Shown here in pieces: positions 19,304 through 29,522 of a DNA stretch of 64,000 bases (position 1 is its first letter; each line of letters begins with the position of its first letter). Below the pieces are notes generated by a model. The model ran no database searches. It was not told the origin of the DNA and was given only the letters and a program-made list of their open reading frames with translations. Both the position numbers and the translations under genes were made by a program. The DNA is taken from positions 672,001 to 736,000 of the forward strand of contig CAVRCJ010000003.1 in assembly GCA_963719515.1 (NCBI GenBank), written 5' to 3'. The stretch is from an uncultured cyanobacterium (GTDB lineage: Bacteria > Cyanobacteriota > Cyanobacteriia > CAKZMO01).

Positions 19304-20734
19304 CTACGCCAACACCCACGTATCTTTTGCCCCGCCCCCCTGCGATGAATTGACCACCAGCTTGCCTCGCTCCAGCGCCACCCGCGTCAGCCCCCCGGGA
19401 TGCACATAGATCTCATCGCCCTGATGGAGCACATAGGGCCGCAAATCCGTATGGCGTCCCTCAATATGTCCGTCAACGCCATCACCAACCACCGTGGGAA
19501 TCTGCGATAGATATACCGTCGGCTGAGCCATATAGGCCCTCGGTTTTTCGCGAATCTTCTCCGCAAACGTCGCCCGCTCTTCGGCGGTAGAGTTGATACC
19601 CACCAGCATATCGTCGCCCCCCTCAGCGCTCGCCGCCTTCACCACCAGCTCCTCTAGGTGGTCCAGCACATAGTCGCGATCGCTATCCCGCCAGCAGAGA
19701 TAGGTGGGCACATTGGGGAGCAGCGGCTCCTCCTCCAGGTAAAACCGAATCATCTCCGGCACATAGGCGTAAATGACCTTATCGTCGCCAATGCCCGCCC
19801 CAATAGCATTCACCAAAGCGAGCTTCCCCTGCTGACACAGCTCAATTAGGGCCACCGTGCTGTCCGGGTACTCCTCCCCCAAATCGAGGTCGTCGAACAT
19901 CTCCGTGTCGCCGCGCCGGTACACCACGTCTAGGCGCTGCGGTCCCTGGTCGGTGCGGTGGCACAGGTAGCCCTCCGATATAGTCACCTCTTCCGGACTC
20001 ACAAGGACGATGCCCATCTGCTCGGCCAAAAGCTCGTGCTCAAAGTAGGCAGAGCTGTGGGTACCGGGGGTAAGCAGTGCCAGGGTGCTGTCGGGGCTGG
20101 GCGCTACGCTATCCATCACGGCTTTGAGCTCTTGCGCGTAATTTTCGACGGGCTTTGGGCTAAATTTCTCCATCAGTTCTGGCAGCACCCGCGTCATAGC
20201 AATGCGGTTTTTCAGCACGTAGGCAATGCCAGACGGCACGCGCAAGTTGTCTTCTAGAACGCACCAGTCGCCGTCGCCGTTGCGCACCAAATCGATGCCG
20301 CCGATATGGCACCAAATCCCTTTAGGGGGCGTCATGCCCATGCACTCAGGTCTAAACCGCAGCGCCGATTCAATAATTTCTCGGGGAATCACCCCTTCAG
20401 CGATAATCCGCTGATCGCTGTACACATCGGCGCAAAACAGGTTCAGGGCCTTCACCCGCTGCTGTAACCCGGCGGTGAGGTGCGTCCACTCCTCCGCTGC
20501 AATTACCCGGGGTATTGGGTCAAAGGGCAGCACCCGCTCTTCTTCTCCCTCAAAGCTGAAGGTTGCCCCTAGCTCTTGAAGCACAGCCTCTAAGGAAGCC
20601 TTGATCTCCGGCATGGTTTGAGATGTCTCGGCCTGGAACCACTGTAGGATGGGCGCTAGTTCAGGGCGCAGGGTGCCGGGTGAAGCAAAATACTCGTCGT
20701 AAAGGCCTTGGGGATCGTAAGCGTCAAAGTTCAT
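19304..20734 (-). CDS. circularly permuted type 2 ATP-grasp protein
   Basis: PFDPIPR, VLEDNLRVPSG, SAYFEH, DVVYRR, DLRPY, GGLTRVAL..VVNSSQGGGAKDTWV. Confidence 0.93.
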   Translation of the reverse strand: MNFDAYDPQGLYDEYFASPGTLRPELAPILQWFQAETSQTMPEIKASLEAVLQELGATFSFEGEEERVLPFDPIPRVIAAEEWTHLTAGLQQRVKALNLFCADVYSDQRIIAEGVIPREIIESALRFRPECMGMTPPKGIWCHIGGIDLVRNGDGDWCVLEDNLRVPSGIAYVLKNRIAMTRVLPELMEKFSPKPVENYAQELKAVMDSVAPSPDSTLALLTPGTHSSAYFEHELLAEQMGIVLVSPEEVTISEGYLCHRTDQGPQRLDVVYRRGDTEMFDDLDLGEEYPDSTVALIELCQQGKLALVNAIGAGIGDDKVIYAYVPEMIRFYLEEEPLLPNVPTYLCWRDSDRDYVLDHLEELVVKAASAEGGDDMLVGINSTAEERATFAEKIREKPRAYMAQPTVYLSQIPTVVGDGVDGHIEGRHTDLRPYVLHQGDEIYVHPGGLTRVALERGKLVVNSSQGGGAKDTWVLA

Positions 20735-20919
20735 TGCCGGTGGGGAAATTAGGGACGAGCGGGACCGCTACCTTTCTAGATGCAATAGATCTAGATGCAA
20801 TAGAACGGCTCGGCCCCACCAACCTATCAGGCGCAATAGCGCCATTTTGTGATTGACGCTACGGTTGTTGCTTGAGCAAGCGAACGGCGTCACAGGCATT
20901 CTCTAGCTATGAACGACAA

Positions 20920-20947
20920 GAAGGGGCCGCAGTGCCGCAACCCCTTC
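20920..20947 (-). terminator. probable terminator hairpin downstream of psb27
   Basis: GAAGGGGTTGCGG-CAC-TGCGGCCCCTTC on the minus strand; short U tract. Confidence 0.5.
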
Positions 20948-21031
20948 AGCTGACGTGATCTAGTTTTGCAAGGGCGATCGCCCCTATCTAATAAGAACGC
21001 GCGCTGCCCTCAGCAAAACGCCTTTGGACGC

Positions 21032-21433
21032 TTAAGCGCCTCGGCTTAGGGCCGTTTCAATCTGCTTAAACTCCTGATCCAGCCGCTGCTTCAGCTTATC
21101 TGGAACGGGGCGGTTGGGGTAAGAGCTGTAGTGGCCGGCTAGCGAATTGAGAGCCGTACGCATGGTCGTATAAGAACCGAGACGCTCAACGTCTGTATTG
21201 CGGCGGTAGAGAGACGCAAAGTCGTTGATGACTTTGCGAGCTTGGGTCTGGCTGCTCAGTCTATCGGGGGAATCATCTGGGAGACTGAGGGCAGTCCTGA
21301 TAGTTTCAACCACCGTCAAAGTATCGTCCCGGTAGTTTCCGGTCAGACCCTCTGGGGCCGAAGCCGAACATCCTGAGAGACCGATAACGGCAACCAGTAG
21401 CAAAGCGAGTACACGAGAGAAGAGCGTTTTCAT
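21032..21433 (-). CDS. psb27: photosystem II lipoprotein Psb27
   Basis: Lipobox LSGC; LTGNY..DT; SYTTMRTALNSLAGHYSSYPNRPVP. Confidence 0.96.
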   Translation of the reverse strand: MKTLFSRVLALLLVAVIGLSGCSASAPEGLTGNYRDDTLTVVETIRTALSLPDDSPDRLSSQTQARKVINDFASLYRRNTDVERLGSYTTMRTALNSLAGHYSSYPNRPVPDKLKQRLDQEFKQIETALSRGA

Positions 21434-21712
21434 AGAACCTCACTAAAACAAAGCCAAACAACTCTGGGCAGTCATCCCGCGCGTTTTGATGCACTGCACC
21501 AGTCTCCCTAGCACTACTGCTGTTAGGGCTAAGCAGACGCAGCTTTGGCTGACATGCCTCAACGATACGACCTAATCTTACCCCGATTTGTCTCCCGTGA
21601 ACTCTGTCCTAGATCGAGACCACGGCTCGCCTGAAGTCTTTCCAAAGGTGCTTGAATTTTGCGAGCGCATCCTGTTTACAGAACGCTTCGCAGAACGCTG
21701 GGTCTGCGGCGG

Positions 21713-23317
21713 TCACATTGCAGCCACCGCCTCTTGCCGGTGCTTCTCTAGCGTCGCCACCGGCAGCGGACCCTGGAGGTGCTCCCACGGCAGGGGCACC
21801 TCGGTAGACCAATCCCGATGGACATAAAACTCCAGGGGCGGCAGCTGGCCTTTAAGATCCTTAAAGCCCCGCCGGTAGCTCCCCAGAGAATCGCCGTAGT
21901 GGCGTACCCGCTCTAGCAGGTAAGAGATGCGGCGATCGCCCCGAGAAATGAGCGCTTGAATCACCGACCACTTGTAGCTCTCGGGACGAAAATCGATGCC
22001 GATGGGGCGCAGCTGCTTTTGCAAAGACTTCAGCCGCTTATCGCCCTGTTCGCTAACGCCAAACCACTGAAACGGCGTGTGGGACTTGGGCACAAAGGTG
22101 CTGCAGCCCAGGGTTAGCCGCAGGCCGGGGGCAGCTTGCTTCACGGCTTTCATCAGCGCGACGGTTTGGGCCAGATCGTCCTCAGTTTCTCCAGGGATGC
22201 CCACCATGCCGTAGAGCTTTAGGCTAGAGAGCCCGCCCGCTTTCGCGTTGACGGCGGCCTGCAAAATCTCTTCGGTGTCCAGCTTCTTGTTGACAATCTG
22301 CCGCACCCGCTCCGAGCCGCTCTCCACCGCAATGGTGATGGAGCGGGTGCCGTGCTTCACTAGGGTTTCGGTGAGGGACTGGGTGACGGTATTGGTGCGC
22401 ACCGAGGCGATGCTGAGGCGCACATCGTCGTACTGCGGCCGGTTGAGGTGGGCGAGCAGCGCGTCAAATTCAGGGTGCTGGGTCACCGAGGCCCCCAGCA
22501 GCCCCAGCCGCTGGGTGACCTGGAGCCCGCGCTCAATGGCGGGCAGCAGCGAGCCCTCCAGACTAGCGGTGCGAAAGGGCAGGGTGAGGTAACTGGCGAG
22601 GCAAAAGCGGCAGAGCTCCGGGCAGCTGCGCACCACTTCAACCATATAAATATTTTCCCAAGCCGCCTTCTCCGTCACCACGGTGGAGGCCGAGAGCCGA
22701 TTTTCCCGGTAGGTCTGCTTCGTGACCTGAGCCGGGGTGGCGGCCTCTCGCGGAGAGATACCCGCAAACGGACCGTCCGCATCGGCGTAGCGGGCCTCGT
22801 ATAGGCCGGGGATATACAGCCCTGGAACCTGGGCGAGGTGCTGAAGAACACCGTGACGATCCTGCCCTCGGACGGCCTGATAAGCGTCAACAAAGGCGTC
22901 GAGCAGCAGCTCTCCGTCCCCCAGCAGCACCACGTCGAAGAAGTCGGCAAAGGGCTCGGGGTTCGCGGTCAACACCGGGCCGCCGCCAAAGACGATGGGA
23001 TGGTCAGCGGTGCGGTTGGCGGCGCGGACGGGAATATTCAGCTGCTCAAGTAAGGCCAGAATATTGGCGTAGTCTAATTCCCAAGAGAGGGAGAAGCCCA
23101 TCAGCTCAGGGCGAGAGGGCAAAGTCTCAGAGGCGTCGGTGAACAGGCGGCTCACGGCCAGGTCGGGGCGAGCTGAAAGGGTGGCCCACACCACCTGGTA
23201 TCCCAGGCTGGTGATGCCGACGCTGTAATCGTTGGGAAAGGCAAAAATAAGCGGCACCGCGTCGTGGGTCGGCGTCGCTGGAGTGAAGAGAAGCCGCTCA
23301 GCGTCGAAAGGCGTCAC
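21713..23317 (-). CDS. radical SAM protein with B12-binding-like N-terminal domain
   Basis: CPELCRFC (CxxxCxxC); FPNDYSVGITSLG; TFVPKSHTPFQW. Confidence 0.9.
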   Translation of the reverse strand: MTPFDAERLLFTPATPTHDAVPLIFAFPNDYSVGITSLGYQVVWATLSARPDLAVSRLFTDASETLPSRPELMGFSLSWELDYANILALLEQLNIPVRAANRTADHPIVFGGGPVLTANPEPFADFFDVVLLGDGELLLDAFVDAYQAVRGQDRHGVLQHLAQVPGLYIPGLYEARYADADGPFAGISPREAATPAQVTKQTYRENRLSASTVVTEKAAWENIYMVEVVRSCPELCRFCLASYLTLPFRTASLEGSLLPAIERGLQVTQRLGLLGASVTQHPEFDALLAHLNRPQYDDVRLSIASVRTNTVTQSLTETLVKHGTRSITIAVESGSERVRQIVNKKLDTEEILQAAVNAKAGGLSSLKLYGMVGIPGETEDDLAQTVALMKAVKQAAPGLRLTLGCSTFVPKSHTPFQWFGVSEQGDKRLKSLQKQLRPIGIDFRPESYKWSVIQALISRGDRRISYLLERVRHYGDSLGSYRRGFKDLKGQLPPLEFYVHRDWSTEVPLPWEHLQGPLPVATLEKHRQEAVAAM

Positions 23318-23403
23318 AAAAATTAGGGTTGAGGGAACCCCTTCAGGCTAGCACGACGCTTCCGAGGTGGTTTTCCGCTTCGATTCGGCGGAGTCTGGTC
23401 CCG

Positions 23404-24426
23404 CTAGTTAGTCCTGATGCGGCGGCGGAAATCGACTCGCGAGTCTAGATCGAGCGCTCTCAGGCGCAGAGAAACGCTCTCGGCGGATGACCGCTTCCCA
23501 AACCCACCGGCATAGATGTATGACCCCATGCGCGACCGCGCGAAGCAGGCCCTGGGAACCTCGCGGCGCACCAGCCTTAAGGTCTCTAAATCTTCGCTGT
23601 CGGCGGGCACCACCACCGCATAGGGACCGGTGTTAATTAGCGGTTGCTCATCCCCCGCGATCGCCAGCCCTAGCAGCCGCGCCGTCTCTTCGTCCACAAT
23701 GCCGTTGGCCGTCACGTTCCGCGACTGCTGAAACAAGATTACGGCCCGCTCTGTATTGGCCCCAAAGATGCCGTCGACGCCCTCTGTACTAAAGCCCAGA
23801 TCGGTCAATCGCTGCTGCAAAATTCTGATGCCGCTGTCGACATCTCCCCGCTGAAATGTCCCGATTTCGGCCAGGTTATTCTCCGGGGCCGTGACCGTGC
23901 TGCAGGCTGCTGTTGACGGGTCGGGCAGCTGGGCCAGCACGTCGTCAACCTCAATGTCGATGGCGGGCTCGCCGGGAAGCGGGGAGGAGGTAATGGGGTC
24001 TAGCTGGCCCACCACAACCGGCCTGTCTGGTACCGGCGCTAGGGTTTGAATTCCGGTGGGCCGCCCAAACAGAGCATCTTCCGTGCGAGGGCCGAATACG
24101 CCATCCGCCGTCAGGCCGCTTTGCCGCTGCAGGCGAAAAACGGCGTCCTGGGTCAGTTCTAGGTAGCGCCCGCTGATGGGACCATCAAACAGGCCCCGCC
24201 GCTGCAGCTCGCGCTGCAGCAGCTCCACCTCAGCCCCCTCGTCTCCAAAAGAGAGCACTTGCCCAAGGGGAAGGATTTGGGCGATCGCCCCCCCGGCAAA
24301 TATCACTATCCCCCCGGCGATCGCTAGCGCTGCGCCCAGGCAACGCCGAATCAGAGGGGCGTGACTGCGGGGTCGAGACCCGCTTGAACTGGGGGCAGGG
24401 CGATGGGGCATCATGGGCGCTAACAT
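23404..24426 (-). CDS. peptidoglycan-binding domain protein
   Basis: Two PG-binding repeats (LTADGVFGPRT; VDGIFGANTERAVILFQ); N-terminal hydrophobic segment. Confidence 0.85.
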   Translation of the reverse strand: MLAPMMPHRPAPSSSGSRPRSHAPLIRRCLGAALAIAGGIVIFAGGAIAQILPLGQVLSFGDEGAEVELLQRELQRRGLFDGPISGRYLELTQDAVFRLQRQSGLTADGVFGPRTEDALFGRPTGIQTLAPVPDRPVVVGQLDPITSSPLPGEPAIDIEVDDVLAQLPDPSTAACSTVTAPENNLAEIGTFQRGDVDSGIRILQQRLTDLGFSTEGVDGIFGANTERAVILFQQSRNVTANGIVDEETARLLGLAIAGDEQPLINTGPYAVVVPADSEDLETLRLVRREVPRACFARSRMGSYIYAGGFGKRSSAESVSLRLRALDLDSRVDFRRRIRTN

Positions 24427-24571
24427 AAGCCAACGTAATGCTTTACAAGTTTGGCGAATTCAATCTGGGGGCCACAAACCTTGACGTGAGCAGCAGGCGA
24501 CATCCCCAGCCTATGGCTATCGCCTACTTTATCCCATATTGGGAAGTATATTGACAGACTACTGGAAATAG

Positions 24572-25384
24572 TTACTGCAAGCCTACATCTTTTGGAGCTG
24601 CCGACTGCCGCTGGCGCATCGCCTCGTATAGCATCAGCGCCGTTGCCACCGAGACATTGAGCGATTCGACGGTGGCGGCGGCAGGGATGCTGACGCGCAC
24701 ATCGGCCAGCGCTAAAGCCGCTGCTGAGAGTCCAGCGCCTTCGTTCCCAACTAAAATCAGCGTGGGTTGAGTTAAATCAATGTCCCAGTAGGTTTGAGAC
24801 GCCGTAGGGCAGGTTGCAACGATCTGCAGCGTTCCCTGCCGCTGCGCAACGGCCCCATGCCAGTCGGCCCGCCGCTCCATTGGTAAACGAAACCACTGGC
24901 CCGCAGAGGCCCGCAGCACTTTGGGATGCTCCAGGTCAACGCTGTCTTCGCTGAGCCACAGGCCGTCAACATTGGCGGCAGCGGCAGTACGAATGATGGT
25001 CCCCAGATTCCCAGGATCCTGCAGCGTTTCGATGGCCAGCCCCAGCGACATCGGCCCGGCTTCGCTCAGGGTCTGGCGCGAAGACCGACGGCCCGCTGTC
25101 GCCACCACGCCGTCGGGGTGAGCCGTTGTGGCGATCGCTTCTAGAATGGCCTCATTGACCAATTCAGTTCGCTGCGCTTGCTGGGCGGCCTGTTTCCAAA
25201 CCTCAGGGTAGCTGCGCTGCCAGTCTTCTGTATGGCACACAACCTGTAGGGGCCAGCGGGTGCTGCAGGCTTCTTCAAGAAGGTGGGTGCCCTCTATTAA
25301 GAAGCAGTCTTGCTTCTGGCGTTCTTTGGCCCGGTGTAGCTTGCGAAGCTGCTTGACAAGCGGGTTTTGAAGGCTGCTAAGCAT
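24572..25384 (-). CDS. TrmH/SpoU-family RNA methyltransferase
   Basis: LQDPGNLGTIIRTA, VGNEGAGL, ESLNVSVA; start chosen at MLSSLQNP. Confidence 0.93.
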   Translation of the reverse strand: MLSSLQNPLVKQLRKLHRAKERQKQDCFLIEGTHLLEEACSTRWPLQVVCHTEDWQRSYPEVWKQAAQQAQRTELVNEAILEAIATTAHPDGVVATAGRRSSRQTLSEAGPMSLGLAIETLQDPGNLGTIIRTAAAANVDGLWLSEDSVDLEHPKVLRASAGQWFRLPMERRADWHGAVAQRQGTLQIVATCPTASQTYWDIDLTQPTLILVGNEGAGLSAAALALADVRVSIPAAATVESLNVSVATALMLYEAMRQRQSAAPKDVGLQ

Positions 25385-25572
25385 GAATTTGGCCTGTCGT
25401 GGAGCGGGGTCGCAGCGCGGGCCTATCGGATACGCCGCAAGTAAATGCGCTGCGCTAGAACCTGTGCGATCGCCACAGGCCAATGCCGTTTGCTAAAACC
25501 ACAGTCTGAACAAGATTTTAAGGGCCGTTGCGAATCGCAAACTTCGGCAATTTTAATGGCGGCAGCTTTAAA

Positions 25573-25657
25573 TGCGGAACCCGGGACTTGAACCCGGAAG
25601 TCCTTATCGGACACTAGAACCTGAATCTAGCGCGTCTACCAATTCCGCCAGTTCCGC
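25573..25657 (-). tRNA. trnL: tRNA-Leu(CAG)
   Basis: GCGGAAC acceptor stem, TGGCGGAATTGGTAGACGC D-arm, CTAGA-TTCAGGT-TCTAG anticodon arm, long variable arm, GGTTCAAGTCC T-loop. Confidence 0.97.
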
Positions 25658-25811
25658 AGGTTTATTGAGCTGTCTCACATTAGGCTTTTCAGCCAAGGTC
25701 ATTAATCATGACTCATATTTATCAACAAGTCAACTCTTTTGCATCCCCGTCACCAATCACATCACGGATGCGATCGCTGCTGCACTAGCGCAGCAGCGAT
25801 GCGCCTGCCAA

Positions 25812-26243
25812 CTAATTAACCCCCGGTCCGCTACGCTTTGGGCTGCTGCAAAGCAAGTAGCTCAACACCTGCCCCTCGTGAGGGGTGATTCTCAAGCCCT
25901 CCTCTCGTACGGGAATCTGCGGCGTCCAGCGGTGTTGCTCGACGTAGCGCAGCACGTGCAGCATCCGGATGGCTCGCTCGACGGCTAGGGGAGAGCCGAT
26001 GATGATGTGATGCAGGTATTCGTCGGCGCTATCGGGGTCGGCAGCGCTGAGCTTGAGAATGCTTTCGGGCGCTGGATCAGCGTCGAGGTGAGGCTCGCTT
26101 AGGCGGTTGTGAAAACCGGCGGGGGTTTTGCCGGTCGGCTGCGGTGAGGACTGAGATTGCTCGGGCGAAACCTGCGCCTGCGGCATTGGAAATTGGGTCG
26201 CCGCTTCGCAGTAAAGGGACGACGGGCTGTGTTGAATTGTCAT
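25812..26243 (-). CDS. uncharacterised small protein, paralogue 2 of 3
   Basis: HIIIGSPLAVERAIRMLHVLRYVEQHRWT...GQVLSYL. Confidence 0.8.
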   Translation of the reverse strand: MTIQHSPSSLYCEAATQFPMPQAQVSPEQSQSSPQPTGKTPAGFHNRLSEPHLDADPAPESILKLSAADPDSADEYLHHIIIGSPLAVERAIRMLHVLRYVEQHRWTPQIPVREEGLRITPHEGQVLSYLLCSSPKRSGPGVN

Positions 26244-26341
26244 TCCACCAAGGCACGAGGGCGTCCTTCCAATCTACCCGGTTTTCCTCTCAAGGTCAGC
26301 GATCGCGGCCCGCCAAGGAAAGAGCCGCCGCTCCCAGTAGC

Positions 26342-27967
26342 TTAAGGAAATTCGAGCTGCCACAGCTCCAGCCCCAGCTCGCTGGGAATCAGTCTCACAG
26401 GCTGATAGACCGGCTGCAGCAGACCTTGGCCCTCTATCTGGCTTTTCAGGGCTGCAGACGGCGTAAACACAAAAGTCTGAGTCCCGGAGCGCCGCGCCGC
26501 CGTCAGCCAGTCTCCTGAAGGCGCGGAGGGCGCTTCCGCAGGCGGCACAATATAGATCGCGACATCTGGCTCAAGGCCATAGCTGAGGGAAATTAAATCT
26601 TGAATATGCTCAGCCTCTGCAACGAGCTGCGGGGAAGAGGTTTGATTGATGATGGCGGCGATCGCCGGGTTGCTGCGGTTGCGGCTTTTTTGGTAATTAG
26701 ACGCATGAGTGACCCCAATCAGACAGGACGCCAGGCTGACCGACAACACCACCGCCGCAAGAGCGCGCCAGCGGCGGGATGGGGAAAAAAGGCGATCGCT
26801 GAGACAGTAGGCCACGGCGATCAGCGCTCCGATTTGGGTGGGCATCAGGTAGCGCGGGGTTGCCGCTGCCTGCCCGCTGCGCAATAGGTCGATCAAGAGC
26901 AGCGCCGCCGGGGTTGCCAGCGCCCCCAGCGCCAAAAACCCGCCTAGCTTCGCCGGGGTTTGGCGCAGCAGCCGGCAGGCCGCATAGCCCATCAGGGCCA
27001 CAAACCCCGCCGCGATCGCCATCTGCCCCCCCAAGATGAGCGGCCTGCCTGTCGCCACCGGCACATCAAAAAACAGCACCGCTAGGCTGTAGTGCCAAAT
27101 TCCCACAATGGCCCACAGGGGCATGGGCTCCCGCATCCAAACGGTGTTGCCCTGCAGCACCTGCCAGTGGGTGACCACAACCCAGCACCAGGGCAGCAGC
27201 GACAGCAAGGCCGCCCCGGTCGCTGCCAGGTAGGCCCGCCGCCGCTTTGGGTGGAACAGCATCACGGCCAGTCCCTGACCCAGCAAAACAAAGAGGGTGA
27301 GGAGGGAGGTATAGAGGGTGAGGGTGAGGGTTACCCCATAGGCAAGCCACCACAGCCTGCGGCCTCCCTGGAGCGATCGCCACAGCGTGCCCAGCAGCAG
27401 CAGCAGCAGCAGCAGCCACAGGCTGTAGGGACGGGCCTCCTGGGCGTAGGCCACGAAGAAAGGCGAGACGGCCAAAAGGCCGGTAGCGGTCCAGACGATG
27501 GGGGAGCTTCGCCTCGCCTGTGAGCCGAATAGGGTGCCACAGGCCCACCCCATGGCGGGAAGCGTCAGCAGGCTGAACACCACAGACAGGCTGCGCATGG
27601 CGGCGGTGGTGGTGCCAAACTGACTGGCCCACAGCCGCATGAGGACAAAGTAGAGGGGCGCGTGCTCTGGACTTTGGGAAAGCACGCGGAGCAGGTCGCC
27701 CAGCGACGAGCCGGATTTAATGCGCTGGAAGTAAAGCAGGTCGGCGACGCTGAGGGGGAGGCTCTGGCTGGCCTGCTGGGCGAGCAGCTGCTGGGTAACC
27801 TCAGCGTAGGTGTAGCCAGACACCCGAATTGAGGTGGCCACTTCGTCTACCCAATACACCGCCTGGTCTAAGTTAACGAGCCGAAACAGCACCCCCAACG
27901 CCACCAGGCAGGCCACGATGCCGCCCCAGAGTTGACGCTGTGAATACCGTGCAGAAGCGAGAGTCAT
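26342..27967 (-). CDS. glycosyltransferase family 39 / PMT-like membrane protein
   Basis: YWVDEV, EHAPLYF, RSLS, YAQEARPYSL; multi-TM. Confidence 0.9.
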   Translation of the reverse strand: MTLASARYSQRQLWGGIVACLVALGVLFRLVNLDQAVYWVDEVATSIRVSGYTYAEVTQQLLAQQASQSLPLSVADLLYFQRIKSGSSLGDLLRVLSQSPEHAPLYFVLMRLWASQFGTTTAAMRSLSVVFSLLTLPAMGWACGTLFGSQARRSSPIVWTATGLLAVSPFFVAYAQEARPYSLWLLLLLLLLGTLWRSLQGGRRLWWLAYGVTLTLTLYTSLLTLFVLLGQGLAVMLFHPKRRRAYLAATGAALLSLLPWCWVVVTHWQVLQGNTVWMREPMPLWAIVGIWHYSLAVLFFDVPVATGRPLILGGQMAIAAGFVALMGYAACRLLRQTPAKLGGFLALGALATPAALLLIDLLRSGQAAATPRYLMPTQIGALIAVAYCLSDRLFSPSRRWRALAAVVLSVSLASCLIGVTHASNYQKSRNRSNPAIAAIINQTSSPQLVAEAEHIQDLISLSYGLEPDVAIYIVPPAEAPSAPSGDWLTAARRSGTQTFVFTPSAALKSQIEGQGLLQPVYQPVRLIPSELGLELWQLEFP

Positions 27968-28040
27968 ACCGTTAGCGGCGGCCTGTTAGCTCACGTCATA
28001 ATAGGGCAAAGTGCCCCAAGCTGGGAGGCTGTGGCGCAGC

Positions 28041-28904
28041 TCAGTTGGCAGACTGAGCAACAAAGGTTTGAATAGCCTCAGCGTAGCGATCGCCCCCCAA
28101 TTCAGGCAGATTATTGTGGTCAGCTCCGTCAATCCACAATAGGGTCTTGGGACCAGGAGCTGCGTCATACAGGGTCTGGCTCATGTCGGCGGGCACCACG
28201 GTGTCGGCGGTGCCGTGCAGCAGCAGCAGGGGCGCGGGCAGCGATCGCACCTTGGATAGGGAGTCAAATCGCTGGTTGATTAGCCGGTCCAGGGGAAAAA
28301 TCGCGGCCAGCGGTGAGCGACCCACGACGGCCTGCAGGGAGGTAAACGAGCTCTCCAGAATCAGGCCGGCGGCCTCAGGATGCTGTGAGGCGAGGTGAAC
28401 GGCGATCGCCCCCCCGATGGAGCGGCCATAGAGGACGATGCGGTCAGCGGGAGCTTGCTCGCTCAAGTAGCGCCAGGCGGCCTCCGCGTCTTCGTACACC
28501 CGTGCCTCGTTGGGAAACGGCCCGGAGCTGCGTCCGTAGCCTCGGTAGTCGATGAGCAGAACGCCATAGCCCCACTGGTGAAACCGGCGGGCGCGGTTGA
28601 TTAAATCCCCCAGGTTGCTGCCGTTGCCGTGCAGGTAGAGGATGATGGGAGACCCCGCGGCGGCGGGAATCCACCAGCTGTGGATCTGACCATCGCCCAC
28701 GGGCAGCCAGATCTCTTCGTAGGCAAGCTGCACATCGGCGGGAGTCGCCTCTAGGGTGGCGGGGGGCCGGAAGATGAACCGGGTTTGGTAGCGCCACAGC
28801 GCCAGCCCTAGGAGGAGATAGAGGGCCGCGCCCAGTCCAAGAGCTAGGATCCCGGTCAGGCTTTTGGGGGCGATCGCTTTCGTTACTAGCGGTGGGGGTC
28901 TCAT
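28041..28904 (-). CDS. alpha/beta hydrolase
   Basis: HGNG, DYRGYG, GRSIGG nucleophile elbow, HGTADTVVP, GADHN. Confidence 0.92.
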   Translation of the reverse strand: MRPPPLVTKAIAPKSLTGILALGLGAALYLLLGLALWRYQTRFIFRPPATLEATPADVQLAYEEIWLPVGDGQIHSWWIPAAAGSPIILYLHGNGSNLGDLINRARRFHQWGYGVLLIDYRGYGRSSGPFPNEARVYEDAEAAWRYLSEQAPADRIVLYGRSIGGAIAVHLASQHPEAAGLILESSFTSLQAVVGRSPLAAIFPLDRLINQRFDSLSKVRSLPAPLLLLHGTADTVVPADMSQTLYDAAPGPKTLLWIDGADHNNLPELGGDRYAEAIQTFVAQSAN

Positions 28905-28947
28905 AATGAGGGGAGTCGATGCTGTTTAACCAGCACTATAAACCCCA

Positions 28948-29328
28948 ATGAATTTAATGAAGGCGCTGCGAGGCAGCACAATGATGGGCTTGGGCTACAT
29001 GCTGTCGCCGCTCTCCTGGTGGAACGATTTGTTTTTCAATTTGCCCATCGCCCTAGCGTTTGGCTACGGCGTCAGCTGGCTCTATCCAGACTGGTTCTTG
29101 CCGGGGACGATAGCGGGCTACTGGCTCTCGAACGTGCTGGGCATTGTGATGATGCAGTTTGGCACCATGGATATGTTTTTGGCCGAGGAGCGCCGCAGTC
29201 TCAAGCGAGACTTGCTGATTGGGTGTGGTGGCGCAACGGTCTACACCCTGGTTGTCTCCGGGTTGATCTATTTTCACGTTTTAGAAATGCCGGACTTTTT
29301 GGCAGATCTAGCGACAAAGCGAGGATAA
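28948..29328 (+). CDS. hypothetical membrane protein
   Basis: 126 aa, several TM segments; GYMLSPLSWWND. Confidence 0.75.
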   Translation: MNLMKALRGSTMMGLGYMLSPLSWWNDLFFNLPIALAFGYGVSWLYPDWFLPGTIAGYWLSNVLGIVMMQFGTMDMFLAEERRSLKRDLLIGCGGATVYTLVVSGLIYFHVLEMPDFLADLATKRG

Positions 29329-29359
29329 GCTGAAGGGCGCTGCGCGATCGCCGCTAATA

Positions 29360-29463
29360 TATAGCTTTGGCCCCATTGCTTAGGACAATGTCGTGGGCTC
29401 AAACCCTCACATAGCATAGGCAATGCAGCGCGCAGGTGTCCTAAGCTTAGGACACCTGCGATA
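29360..29463 (-). mobile_element. ~105-bp MITE-like repeat, diverged inverted copy C
   Basis: Reverse complement aligns with 34053-34158; palindrome GCAGGTGTCCTAAGCTTAGGACACCTGC; TATAGC end. Confidence 0.6.
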
Positions 29464-29522
29464 TAAACTCGGGGGTCTAGAGGCCCCCTACGTCAAACAT
29501 CTTTAATGACCCGGCATCCACC

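Noticed and set aside
25573..25657. tRNA-Leu as an integration site
   Set aside because: No integrase or duplicated tRNA 3' end was seen.
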